A stretch of 64,000 nt of DNA from contig CAZHUW010000001.1 of the NCBI GenBank assembly GCA_964535295.1, positions 677-64,676 of the forward strand, in the 5' to 3' direction. The position numbers and the translations under genes are program-made. The DNA is from an uncultured Bacteroidota bacterium. GTDB taxonomy: Bacteria > CLD3 > SB21. Positions within the stretch are counted from its first letter, which is position 1. Every line of letters begins with the position of its first letter. This document shows positions 48,960-57,929 of the stretch, in pieces. Below the pieces are notes generated by a model. The model saw only the letters and a list, made by a program, of their open reading frames with translations. It was not told where the DNA came from and searched no databases.

Positions 48960-48967
48960 TTTTTTTC

Positions 48968-49591
48968 TTATTTACGGCTCTTGATTATAGCAATTGCCAC
49001 AAGTATAAGGCCGGCTGCAACAAAAGTCAATGGCCAATAAAGTTTGATCCACATAATGACCTCGTACGGCATCATAAAATACGTACGTGAAATATACGCG
49101 CCGCCGAAAACAAGGAGAAACATCCCCGCCACCAGCGAGAACCACCGTTTGAGATCGATGATAAAATTTGCCATGAACATCATGCCCGCAATTAATAAGT
49201 ACATAGGCCATAGTTCGCGCATCCTGAAATCACCCGCCTGATCGAGATAGATATGAAAACAGCCGATCAATAAAAGCGTTCCACCCCAGAATAAATGAAA
49301 CCTTTTTAAAATAACGGTTTTTGCTAACAGAAATACGCCGAACACAATGAATCCATACCGTTCGATCCATGCCCAGTTAATTGCGCGTACATTCCATAAA
49401 AGCCATAAGGTACCCAAAGCGACCAGCCAAATTCCCAGCATGAGGTATTTGTAAGGATTCTTCTCAACCGCTTTTTTTTCTTCAGTGGGAACTTCCGTAC
49501 TTTCGGCTGCAGAATTACTTGCGTTGATATCCATAATTAGACCTCTAAGGTTGAACGGTTTTTGATCCGAAAACTTTATGGTTTTCTTCAT
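48968..49591 (-). CDS. Hypothetical polytopic membrane protein. Possibly a LiaF-TM/DUF5668-like partner of the upstream PspC-domain protein.
   Basis: 207 aa with 5-6 TM helices. Immediately downstream of, and co-directional with, the PspC gene. Confidence 0.45.
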   Translation of the reverse strand: MKKTIKFSDQKPFNLRGLIMDINASNSAAESTEVPTEEKKAVEKNPYKYLMLGIWLVALGTLWLLWNVRAINWAWIERYGFIVFGVFLLAKTVILKRFHLFWGGTLLLIGCFHIYLDQAGDFRMRELWPMYLLIAGMMFMANFIIDLKRWFSLVAGMFLLVFGGAYISRTYFMMPYEVIMWIKLYWPLTFVAAGLILVAIAIIKSRK

Positions 49592-50252
49592 CGGGCGTCA
49601 GAATAGCAATAAGCAGATACGCTATAATGCCAATTGGGAAAGTCAGAAAGGTCAGGATCACCCAAAGAATGCGAATGATCGATACGTCCATATTAGCATA
49701 AGCTGCTATACCCGAACAGACTCCCCATATCTTTTTATCGCGTGAATTGCGTTTGAAATCAGATTTTGAACCCGCTTCTTTCAGTTTGGTTTCCAAACCG
49801 TTCAGCCTGGTTCTTGAGAAGATCAGAAACAGACCGATCGCAATCAATACAAGCGGTACCGCAAAATCCCAATCAAAATACCGCCAGAAACGGCGGAATT
49901 CCAGAAAATGCAGTTCATCCAAAAATAAAATCACGCCGAAAAATATTAATACGATCCCCCAGAAAAGGCTGTAATTTATATTTCTCTTGTGTTGAATAAT
50001 ATTTGCCTCTTGTTCGGAATATTCAGGCGAACGAAGGTGATCGGGATTAACCGGAACAAGTATCATGGCTGTAATATACGCAATGATGCCGGTACCGCCA
50101 AAAAAACCGAACAATACAAACAAGATCCTGACCAGCGTTGAACTCATTCCGAAATATTCGGCAAGACCTCCGCATACGCCGTCGATCATTCTGTCATGTC
50201 GTGATTTATAAAGCTTTTTCGGCGTCTCAGGAACTGTAGGGTTCTCTTCCAT
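49545..50252 (-). CDS. PspC-domain membrane protein with two PspC domains.
   Basis: DRMIDGVCGGLAEYFGMSSTLVRILFVL and KIWGVCSGIAAYANMDVSIIRILWVIL are PspC signatures. Start placed at the ATG 50252 preceded by AAGGAG, not at the upstream ATG 50369 of the long ORF. Confidence 0.7.
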   Translation of the reverse strand: MEENPTVPETPKKLYKSRHDRMIDGVCGGLAEYFGMSSTLVRILFVLFGFFGGTGIIAYITAMILVPVNPDHLRSPEYSEQEANIIQHKRNINYSLFWGIVLIFFGVILFLDELHFLEFRRFWRYFDWDFAVPLVLIAIGLFLIFSRTRLNGLETKLKEAGSKSDFKRNSRDKKIWGVCSGIAAYANMDVSIIRILWVILTFLTFPIGIIAYLLIAILTPDEENHKVFGSKTVQP

Positions 50253-50414
50253 ATAACATGGCTCCTTTTTAAATGCTTGAATATAAAACGTGACATTTGA
50301 TAAAAGGTTGCATGATTTAAAAGAGAAACCGATGAAGATTTTTAAGAAAACACTTTTGCGAATACCCAATAACGTGTATATTGCATCCGTTTAAATCAAA
50401 AAAAAGGAGTTATC

Positions 50415-50885
50415 ATGTCAACGGTCATCGTATTGGAAACCACACAAGGCAATATTGAAGTTCAACTCAAACCGGAAATCGCCCCGAAAGCCAGCGAAAA
50501 TTTTGAAAAGCTGGTTGAAAAAGGATACTATGACGGGATCATTTTTCACCGAATCATCAAGAATTTTATGATCCAAGGCGGCGATCCGACGGGTACCGGC
50601 CGCGGCGGCCAATCCGTCTGGGGAAAAACTTTTGAGGATGAATTCAGCCCTTCCGAGACCTTCAATCGAAAAGGCCTTTTAGCAATGGCCAATGCGGGGC
50701 CGAAAACCAACGGAAGCCAATTTTTCATCACCACCGTACCTGCAACATGGCTCAACAACAAACACACTATTTTCGGCGAAGTAGTAACCGGCTATGACAT
50801 CGTTCAGAAAATTGAAAACGTCAAGACCGACGGTTCCGACCGTCCGATTGAAACGCAGAAGATCATTAAAGCCTATAAAAAATAA
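50415..50885 (+). CDS. ppiB: Cyclophilin-type peptidyl-prolyl cis-trans isomerase.
   Basis: HRIIKNFMIQGGDPTGTGRGG...GLLAMANAGPKTNGSQFFITT is the canonical cyclophilin core. Confidence 0.9.
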   Translation: MSTVIVLETTQGNIEVQLKPEIAPKASENFEKLVEKGYYDGIIFHRIIKNFMIQGGDPTGTGRGGQSVWGKTFEDEFSPSETFNRKGLLAMANAGPKTNGSQFFITTVPATWLNNKHTIFGEVVTGYDIVQKIENVKTDGSDRPIETQKIIKAYKK

Positions 50886-50892
50886 CTTTTGA

Positions 50893-51783
50893 ATGAATTC
50901 TCACAAGATACTGCTGTACTATAAATTTGTTCCGATCGAAACTCCGGATGTTTTTGCAAAAGAGCATTTGGATTTTTGTCGTTCTTTGAATCTACTCGGA
51001 CGTATTATCATTGCAGAAGAAGGTATCAATGGAACGGTTTCGGGTTTAGTCAATAACACGGAAGCCTACAAATCAGCAATGCACAACGACCCTCGGTTTG
51101 CCGATATGGTATTCAAACAGGACGATGCCGACGGCCACGCATTTAAAAGGTTATCCGTCAAAGCACGCAGGGAGATCGTTACATTCGGATTGGATGGCAT
51201 CGACCCCAACGCATTGACTGGACAATATCTTGAACCAAAGGACTTTTATAAAAGCCTGCAGGATAATGAAGCCATCATCATTGACGCCCGTAATGATTAT
51301 GAATACGACATGGGACATTTCAGAAATGCCCTGCGCCCAAATGTGGAAACTTTCAAGGAATTCCCAAGTTGGGTAAAGCAAAACTTGGCAGATAAAAAGA
51401 ACAGGAAAATCCTCACCTATTGCACCGGCGGTATCCGATGTGAAAAATTTTCAGGATTCCTTTTAAAAGAAGGTTTCCGGAATGTGTATCAGCTCCATGG
51501 GGGCATCATCAATTATTCGAAAGACCCTGAAACCAAGGGACGCTTATTTGACGGGAAATGTTATGTGTTCGACGAACGCATTGCCGTCCGCGCCAATTAT
51601 ACTGAAGAAGAAACGCTCATTTCGATTTGCAAATACTGTGGAGTACAAACGGACCGTTTTGTTAATTGCGCACACCTCGATTGCCACTCGCGTTTTTTCT
51701 GCTGTGATACATGCGAGAAGGAACATCGGCGGTCATGTTCAAAAGCGTGTGAATCAGCGGCGCACCACGAGTATGTTGGTTAG
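50893..51783 (+). CDS. trhO: Rhodanese-domain tRNA uridine(34) hydroxylase TrhO (UPF0176/YceA).
   Basis: N-terminus LLYYKFVPIETPDVFAKEHLDFCRSLNLLGRIIIAEEGINGT, then a rhodanese domain with the active Cys in YCTGGIRCEK. Confidence 0.85.
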   Translation: MNSHKILLYYKFVPIETPDVFAKEHLDFCRSLNLLGRIIIAEEGINGTVSGLVNNTEAYKSAMHNDPRFADMVFKQDDADGHAFKRLSVKARREIVTFGLDGIDPNALTGQYLEPKDFYKSLQDNEAIIIDARNDYEYDMGHFRNALRPNVETFKEFPSWVKQNLADKKNRKILTYCTGGIRCEKFSGFLLKEGFRNVYQLHGGIINYSKDPETKGRLFDGKCYVFDERIAVRANYTEEETLISICKYCGVQTDRFVNCAHLDCHSRFFCCDTCEKEHRRSCSKACESAAHHEYVG

Positions 51784-51835
51784 ATTTTTTTGAGCAACTT
51801 TCCAGTCCGATCCCCGTAACTATTCTATCAGACAA

Positions 51836-52816
51836 ATGAAACTCGATCATATGAACAAATCCGTTTTGTTGTTAGCGCTATTCATGTTAATTGGCGGATG
51901 CCGGTCTTCCGAAACGGATAATCCTGAATGGCGTAATATACTTCAGCCACTCAAAATATTCTCGATATTGGAACAAGCTGACAAAATATGGATCGGAACG
52001 GATTACGGACTGATTCGTTTCGATAAAGCTACGGCCGATACAGCTTTATTCGACAGTCAAAACTCGGGTTTGCCGACAAATCATGCAGTACCTCTTGCAA
52101 TAGATGACAGTCAACACATTTGGATAGGGACTTCAAGCGGCCTGGTCAAATTCGATGGAACGCATTGGACCACTTATAACAATGAAAATTCAAATATCCC
52201 AAGTAATTCAATTGCCGGTGCATCCTTTGACTCACAAAAAAATCTTTGGATAGGAACGCCTGCCGGGTTGGTGAAGTTCGATGGAATAGATTTTACTGTT
52301 TTTAATACCGACAATTCTTTGATACCATCTAACACCATTACTTCGGTTGCCGTCACAACGAACGGCGCTGTCTGGGTGGGAACATGGGGCAAAGGTGTTG
52401 GCGTGTTCGATGGCTCAAAATGGACTTTGTATGACACCGCCAACACGGTGATGCGAAGCCCTTTCATATTTGATATTGCCATAGACGCCGATGACCTTGT
52501 GTGGATCGGCGAAGGCGGCGGGCTGGACCGGGTAAACGGAACAACCTGGAAAAATTACAGCACTTTAAATTCCGGTCTTCCGAACAGCGATGTGACTAAC
52601 CTGGCTTTCGATGAACAAGGGGATGTGTGGCTTGGCACTTATGAAGGAGGCGTAGCCGAATTTGACGGAAAGAACTGGAACGTATACGATATGACCAATT
52701 CGATATTAACGACGGATCAGATCAGCGCGATACATGTTGACCAAAGGAACAATAAATGGATCGGAACAAGGTTTGGGCTCGTGGTTTTTAATGAAAGAGG
52801 TATTCGTTTTAATTAA
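51836..52816 (+). CDS. Lipoprotein made of two-component-regulator propeller (Reg_prop) repeats.
   Basis: Signal peptide plus lipobox (LIGGC). Seven or more repeats of W(I/V)GT..GL..FDG..WT.Y. Confidence 0.7.
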   Translation: MKLDHMNKSVLLLALFMLIGGCRSSETDNPEWRNILQPLKIFSILEQADKIWIGTDYGLIRFDKATADTALFDSQNSGLPTNHAVPLAIDDSQHIWIGTSSGLVKFDGTHWTTYNNENSNIPSNSIAGASFDSQKNLWIGTPAGLVKFDGIDFTVFNTDNSLIPSNTITSVAVTTNGAVWVGTWGKGVGVFDGSKWTLYDTANTVMRSPFIFDIAIDADDLVWIGEGGGLDRVNGTTWKNYSTLNSGLPNSDVTNLAFDEQGDVWLGTYEGGVAEFDGKNWNVYDMTNSILTTDQISAIHVDQRNNKWIGTRFGLVVFNERGIRFN

Positions 52817-52820
52817 GCCT

Positions 52821-53807
52821 TCAGCTCGTCTCAATCGCTTTCCGGACAAATCGCCTTATTATATCTTCCGTTCTTTCTATAGCATGAATTCCATGCACAC
52901 TCTTTCCCGCCTGATAATCATCCTTTGATGACATTTTTCCATTCAGCGAAGATTTTTTCAGTTGCCTCAGCGAGCGAAGCGCATAGATCATACGCATGAT
53001 CTTTTTTAATTGCCTGTGCTTTAACATCGCACGTGCTATCCAGCTTGCTTTGATGCCGACTCGGTCAACGTATTCGGTTCGTATAACCGATAGCGGCACT
53101 CCGGTCACACGTTCGGTATGAACGATATCGGTTTCACCGGCATCGACAATGGCTTTTTTATAATCGGTATGCGCGGTACATTCATCCGATGCAATGAAAC
53201 GGGTGGCCATCATCACGCCGGTATAACCCAGCTTCAGCGCTTCGATAAAGTCATTTTCATCGCCGATGCCGCCGCCGCAGATCACAGGTAAACCCAGGTC
53301 ACGTATCTCATCCAATAGCTTGCGCAGATCACGATTTCCCGCATGGCCGCCGGCGCGGTCATTCACAGCAATGAGCCCGTCAACACCGGCTTCTACGGCC
53401 TTAAGGGCCCATTTACGTTCGGTCACCTTGTGATAAACAAAACCGCCGACGGCGTGCGCTTTGTCCACGATCCATTTCGGGTTGCCCAGCGAAGTATCAA
53501 AGAAACGTATCCCTTCTTCGATCCCGATATCGATCCATTTGCGCATTCGTTCTTCGTAGATCTTCGATGATCTTTCTACGGTTGCATTCAGCGCAACAGG
53601 TTTTTTCGTTAATTTCCGGATGTATCGCAGGCCTTCACGGTATTCAAATCTATGTACATAGGTCAGTGACAATGGCTGAATGATGCCCAATCCCCCTGCC
53701 TCGGAAACAGCAGCGACCAATTCCGGGTTGCTGCACGGGAACATCGCGCCGCAGATAATCGGGAATTCAACGCCTGCTTGCTGTGTAAATGTTGTTTTGA
53801 GTGTCAT
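52821..53807 (-). CDS. Nitronate monooxygenase / FabK-like FMN-dependent oxidoreductase (NMO family).
   Basis: N-terminus FPIICGAMFPCSNPELVAAVSEAGGLGII and the TIM-barrel FMN motifs (GIGDENDF...). Confidence 0.8.
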   Translation of the reverse strand: MTLKTTFTQQAGVEFPIICGAMFPCSNPELVAAVSEAGGLGIIQPLSLTYVHRFEYREGLRYIRKLTKKPVALNATVERSSKIYEERMRKWIDIGIEEGIRFFDTSLGNPKWIVDKAHAVGGFVYHKVTERKWALKAVEAGVDGLIAVNDRAGGHAGNRDLRKLLDEIRDLGLPVICGGGIGDENDFIEALKLGYTGVMMATRFIASDECTAHTDYKKAIVDAGETDIVHTERVTGVPLSVIRTEYVDRVGIKASWIARAMLKHRQLKKIMRMIYALRSLRQLKKSSLNGKMSSKDDYQAGKSVHGIHAIERTEDIIRRFVRKAIETS

Positions 53808-54015
53808 ATTGTTTTCAGGTTAAGAATAGAACACGAATAAAACAGATGAAGCGGACCTTCACTGATCATACATAGTCACTTCGGACGCGTAACGAGAAGT
53901 AAAAATCTTGCGATATCCAGTTCTCGATACAGCGTTTCTTGCTTCGCTTCGAAACGCTTACTCGAACTGATCGCTTCTAATTTAATTCTGTGCTTTTCTC
54001 GTGTTGTTGCGGCCA

Positions 54016-54492
54016 TTATTTTTTCGGTCCGACCAGGGTTAATAATTTTCCTTCAACCACCACATCGCCTTGCGCGTCTTTGATGGTCACGTCGACGGTG
54101 TATTCTCGTTTTTCATTGCTTTCAACTTTCGGCGCAAAACATTCTCCGGTCAGTAATCCCCTCGCTTTTTTGATATAATTGATCGAAATATTCTTTGGAA
54201 TGAACCGTGCATCGTCGGGCATACCACATACCAGCGCAAGATTGCCCGTGTATTCCACGAGATTAGCTAAGGCAATAGCATGAACGGATCGCAGGTGATT
54301 CCTCACCTTTCTATGTTCGTGTAAGCAGACTCTCGCATAACCGTATCTTAATTCCTGCACATGGGCCGACATACTTCCCGTATAAGGGATGTATATTTTT
54401 ATCACGAGATCAAACAAGCGTTTACCGAAAGGGAACTTCTGAAAACTTTCCCATCGGTGAAGCATTTCGTTTTTTGTTGCAGATTTGACCAT
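54016..54492 (-). CDS. Hotdog-fold thioesterase-like protein (DUF4442/PaaI-like).
   Basis: 158 aa. Pattern ...HAIALANLVEYTGNLA...GECFAPKV...VEGKLL is consistent with the hotdog fold. Confidence 0.5.
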   Translation of the reverse strand: MVKSATKNEMLHRWESFQKFPFGKRLFDLVIKIYIPYTGSMSAHVQELRYGYARVCLHEHRKVRNHLRSVHAIALANLVEYTGNLALVCGMPDDARFIPKNISINYIKKARGLLTGECFAPKVESNEKREYTVDVTIKDAQGDVVVEGKLLTLVGPKK

Positions 54493-54650
54493 AGAAACTC
54501 CTTAAAATCTGAATTACCATATGAGATCATATATAAATCATTATTAATTCTTAATAAATATCCAAAAACCGGTTGATTTGCTAAAGGATATGAATTAAGT
54601 TTACGAACTTTTTACACATTGCAACTTATACATAAAAAACGAAAAACAAA

Positions 54651-56234
54651 ATGATCCAGTTATTTTCTGTTACCAATCTTTTTTTTCTGATCCTGCTTAT
54701 CTTAGACTCCTATTCGTCAACGCTTTTTATCTTGCCGGAAAACAATCGGTTCCCGACAGTCAAAAAGGATACCGTCTCCACGCAGGATACGCTTGTTAAA
54801 AAAAATAGCGACAGTACAACGGGCGCCATTCAGGAGATCCTGCTCGAGACGCGCAGAACCATTCGTCGCGACGTGCAGTTGCCGAATAAATTCATCAACG
54901 ATAATTACGTGATCGTTCTCGATCCCGGCCACGGCGGAACCAAATATATCGACAAAGGTTTTTCCGCAACGCTCGATGGCGTGGAATACTTTGAAAAAGA
55001 CATTGCATGGGAATACGCTCAATTGATTGAACAAAAGCTGACCAAATCCGGTTACGAAGGCGTGAAATTGACCAAACCGGCGGCCAATGACTCCTCACTC
55101 TCGATCCACACCCGTGCCGCCCGCGCCAGGAATTTCGGTATCGAAGCCAAGAAAAAAGTATTGTTCGTCAGCCTGCACTGGAATAATTACGACGATCGGT
55201 CCGTGAACGGAACGGAGATCTACATTAAAGAAAATCATAATTACCGAAGCAGGAAATTGGCGGAATTCATCCGCGGAACGCTCGGCCAGATCATGCAGAT
55301 GCACGGACAGGGACAGAATATTACCGGTATCATTGAACGCGATTACAAAGTTCTGCGAGAATTGGATACGGGGGTACTGATCGAACTTGGTTTTGCAAGT
55401 AATGAATCCGATCTGAGAAAAATGCTCGGCCAAAAGGACGAGATCGCAAACGCGATCGTTCAGGGCATTGATGCTTTTGCTTATTATCTGCAGAATCTGG
55501 ATTCCAAGAATCCGCAGGAGGACGACCCGCAGAAAGCGTCCGAAGAAAGGAAACTTGCAAATTTACCAAGCATTCCATTCGGCTGGTCGTGGCGCAAACA
55601 AGATATATCGCAGCCCATCAAGGACCTGCTGCATCAATATCATGCCATTTACGAAAACGAGGCTCCCGGAAAAAATATCTATCTGACATTCGACTGTGGT
55701 TATGAGAACGGTTATACACCCATCATTCTTGACGTATTAAAAGCCAACAACGTCAAGGCCGCTTTCTTTATTACCGGCGGATATCTAAAGCAGGCGCCGG
55801 ATGTCGTGCAGCGCATGATACAGGACGGGCATATTATCGGCAACCATTCACAAAATCATCTCAGCATGCCTCAACTGAACGTTCGTGACGCAAAGAACGA
55901 GATCCTGAGTCTTGAACGTGACTTCTTTGACCTCTTCGAACAAAAAATGAATTATTTCAGGCCGCCCAGCGGAGAATTCAGCCGGCGCGCTCTGGCTGTC
56001 ACGGCATCGCTTGGCTATAAATCTGTTTTCTGGAGCCTGGCTTATGACGATTGGGACACGAATAAACAGCGCGGCAAAGACTATGCGTATAACAAGATCG
56101 TCAAAGGCGCCCGCGAGGGGGTGATCATCCTGATGCATGCCGTATCCAAAGACAATGCGGAAGCTATGGACGCGATCATCAAAGACCTGCGTAAAGAAGG
56201 GTACGAATTCAAGACGCTGGATGATATTAAGTAG
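54651..56234 (+). CDS. Bifunctional cell-wall hydrolase: N-terminal Amidase_3 (N-acetylmuramoyl-L-alanine amidase) plus C-terminal NodB polysaccharide deacetylase domain.
   Basis: VIVLDPGHGGTKYID...VSLHWNNYDD...ELGFASNESD is Amidase_3. YLTFDCGYENGYT...AAFFITGGYL...IGNHSQNH is the NodB deacetylase motif set. N-terminal signal/TM. Confidence 0.75.
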   Translation: MIQLFSVTNLFFLILLILDSYSSTLFILPENNRFPTVKKDTVSTQDTLVKKNSDSTTGAIQEILLETRRTIRRDVQLPNKFINDNYVIVLDPGHGGTKYIDKGFSATLDGVEYFEKDIAWEYAQLIEQKLTKSGYEGVKLTKPAANDSSLSIHTRAARARNFGIEAKKKVLFVSLHWNNYDDRSVNGTEIYIKENHNYRSRKLAEFIRGTLGQIMQMHGQGQNITGIIERDYKVLRELDTGVLIELGFASNESDLRKMLGQKDEIANAIVQGIDAFAYYLQNLDSKNPQEDDPQKASEERKLANLPSIPFGWSWRKQDISQPIKDLLHQYHAIYENEAPGKNIYLTFDCGYENGYTPIILDVLKANNVKAAFFITGGYLKQAPDVVQRMIQDGHIIGNHSQNHLSMPQLNVRDAKNEILSLERDFFDLFEQKMNYFRPPSGEFSRRALAVTASLGYKSVFWSLAYDDWDTNKQRGKDYAYNKIVKGAREGVIILMHAVSKDNAEAMDAIIKDLRKEGYEFKTLDDIK

Positions 56235-56333
56235 CCGCGACTCACGGTTGTTCCTTGACTTTTTTCGTTGGCAAAAAAGTATTTAGTTTGCTACCTTTTG
56301 CCTGCAATTCAAATTGACTGCGAGGACATCAAC

Positions 56334-57077
56334 TTGACCCAAAACATCGTAAGTTCCGGAGAGTCCTATCTCCCTTCACCTGCTGAAAAGAAGAAATATG
56401 TCCAGCGTATGTTCGATGCGGTCGCATCGCGTTATGATTTCCTCAATCATTTTTTGAGTCTCGGCATTGATTTCTACTGGCGCCATCAGGCTCTGAAGTT
56501 CATCAATTTTAATATGAATCCGCGGCTTCTCGATCTGGCCACAGGGACCGGCGATGTCGCGCTCATGGCGGTCAAACGCGGAGCACGCAAGGTCATAGGC
56601 ATTGACCTCTCACACAATATGCTTTTGTTCGGGAATAAGAAGATCGCAAAAAAAGAAATGGAAGATTCGGTCTTCATGGTTTGCGGCGAAGGTGAAAAAT
56701 TGCCTTTGCCCGACAAATCATGCGACGCCGCCACTATCGCTTTTGGTATACGCAATGTGGAAGACATCCAGCAAACCCTGAATGAGATGTCCCGCGTGTT
56801 GACGAATTCCGGGATCATCGTCGTTTTGGAATTTTCAAAACCTACTTGGCCTGTGATCAAACAGCTTTATCAGTTCTATTTTTTATACATATTGCCGCGC
56901 ATCGGCTCTTTGATCTCGTCGGACAAGAAGGCGTACCATTATTTACCCCACTCTGTGCTGAATTTTCCAGAACGCGGTGATTTCAAGAACATGCTTGTTC
57001 ATGCCGGTTTTACAGACGTACGATTCGTCGATATGACCTTCGGCGCAGTTACCGCTTATTGCGGAATAAAACTTTAA
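56334..57077 (+). CDS. ubiE: Demethylmenaquinone / ubiquinone C-methyltransferase UbiE/MenG.
   Basis: KKKYVQRMFDAVASRYDFLNHFLSLGIDFYWR and SAM motif LDLATGTGDVA. The 56334 TTG after GAGGA gives an N-terminus homologous to UbiE. The longer ORF from ATG 56268 adds ~20 non-conserved residues. Confidence 0.75.
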   Translation: MTQNIVSSGESYLPSPAEKKKYVQRMFDAVASRYDFLNHFLSLGIDFYWRHQALKFINFNMNPRLLDLATGTGDVALMAVKRGARKVIGIDLSHNMLLFGNKKIAKKEMEDSVFMVCGEGEKLPLPDKSCDAATIAFGIRNVEDIQQTLNEMSRVLTNSGIIVVLEFSKPTWPVIKQLYQFYFLYILPRIGSLISSDKKAYHYLPHSVLNFPERGDFKNMLVHAGFTDVRFVDMTFGAVTAYCGIKL

Positions 57078-57148
57078 TCTACCTCACTAAAGATGAACGC
57101 AACAAAGTTCTATCATTTTTTTGGAAATTAAATACAGGACAATGATCT

Positions 57149-57778
57149 ATGTCACTCATTACAAAGAATATTTCAGAATTTCTTAATGAATTAGCGGGTT
57201 CTTCCCCTGCTCCCGGCGGCGGAAGCGTTTCGGCGCTTGCCGGCGCGCTGGGTTCCGCTCTTATCTCGATGGTCAGCAGCCTGACCATCGGAAAGAAGAA
57301 ATATGCCGAAGTGGAAGGCGAGATGAAAGGCGTTTTAGTTGAATCAGAAAAACTCAGAGCTAAATTGACCTCACTGGTCGATAAGGATACTGACGCGTTC
57401 AACCTGGTCATGAGCGCTTTCGGCATGCCCAAGGAAACGGACGATCAGAAGAATGTGCGCACCGCCGCGATTGAATCCGCCACGAAAGAAGCTACAATGG
57501 TTCCGCTCGATGTCATGCATGTCTGTCTTGATGCCGTAGCGCTAAGCGAGACCGTCGCACGAAAAGGAAATACCAATGCGTTGAGCGATGCCGGCGTTTC
57601 GGCCTTACTCCTGCGCGCAGGATGCCGCGGCGCTTATTATAATGTGAAGATCAATTTGTCCTCGCTTGAGGACACCGATTTTATTGAAAAGATAAAGCAA
57701 GACGCCGCGCGTACCATGGATGCGGTGGACGAGAAAGCAAAGTCCGTGATCGATCATGTGGAATCACAGTTGGCGTAA
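57149..57778 (+). CDS. Cyclodeaminase/cyclohydrolase-family protein (FTCD C-terminal domain-like; methenyl-THF cyclohydrolase-like).
   Basis: ISEFLNELAGSSPAPGGGSVSALAGALGSAL is the FTCD_C signature. All-helical, 209 aa. Confidence 0.8.
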   Translation: MSLITKNISEFLNELAGSSPAPGGGSVSALAGALGSALISMVSSLTIGKKKYAEVEGEMKGVLVESEKLRAKLTSLVDKDTDAFNLVMSAFGMPKETDDQKNVRTAAIESATKEATMVPLDVMHVCLDAVALSETVARKGNTNALSDAGVSALLLRAGCRGAYYNVKINLSSLEDTDFIEKIKQDAARTMDAVDEKAKSVIDHVESQLA

Positions 57779-57785
57779 ATGAAAG

Positions 57786-57929
57786 ATGAACTCAGAGATA
57801 CTAAATATTCTTCTGATTTTTATAGGCCTGGTCGGTTTTACGTTTATGATCTATATCAGCCGCAGCCAACGTAAAAAGATCGGCGAGCGTAAAAACAAGA
57901 TCAAAAACGCCTGGAGAGACCGGTTGTGA
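57786..57929 (+). CDS. Candidate 47-aa single-TM peptide (MNSEILNILLIFIGLVGFTFMIYISRSQRKKIGERKNKIKNAWRDRL). Its stop overlaps the GTG start of the phosphatase gene.
   Basis: Open frame below the 60-aa cutoff. One hydrophobic helix then a Lys/Arg-rich tail. TGA 57927-57929 overlaps GTG 57926-57928. The SD is weak. Confidence 0.3.
   Translation: MNSEILNILLIFIGLVGFTFMIYISRSQRKKIGERKNKIKNAWRDRL

Noticed and set aside
50253-50369. Longer N-terminal extension of the PspC gene (ATG at 50369) and of the Omp85 gene (ATG at 31608).
   Set aside because: The extensions encode non-conserved sequence and would overlap upstream genes. Internal ATGs (50252 after AAGGAG; 31548 beginning a classic signal peptide MRFTVLHHIVSLWLALILYG) are much better supported.
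57779-57880. Alternative 33-aa ORF from ATG 57779 (MKDELRDTKYSSDFYRPGRFYVYDLYQPQPT).
   Set aside because: It has no hydrophobic or other structured character and is less plausible than the overlapping 47-aa TM-peptide frame. Neither is strongly supported.
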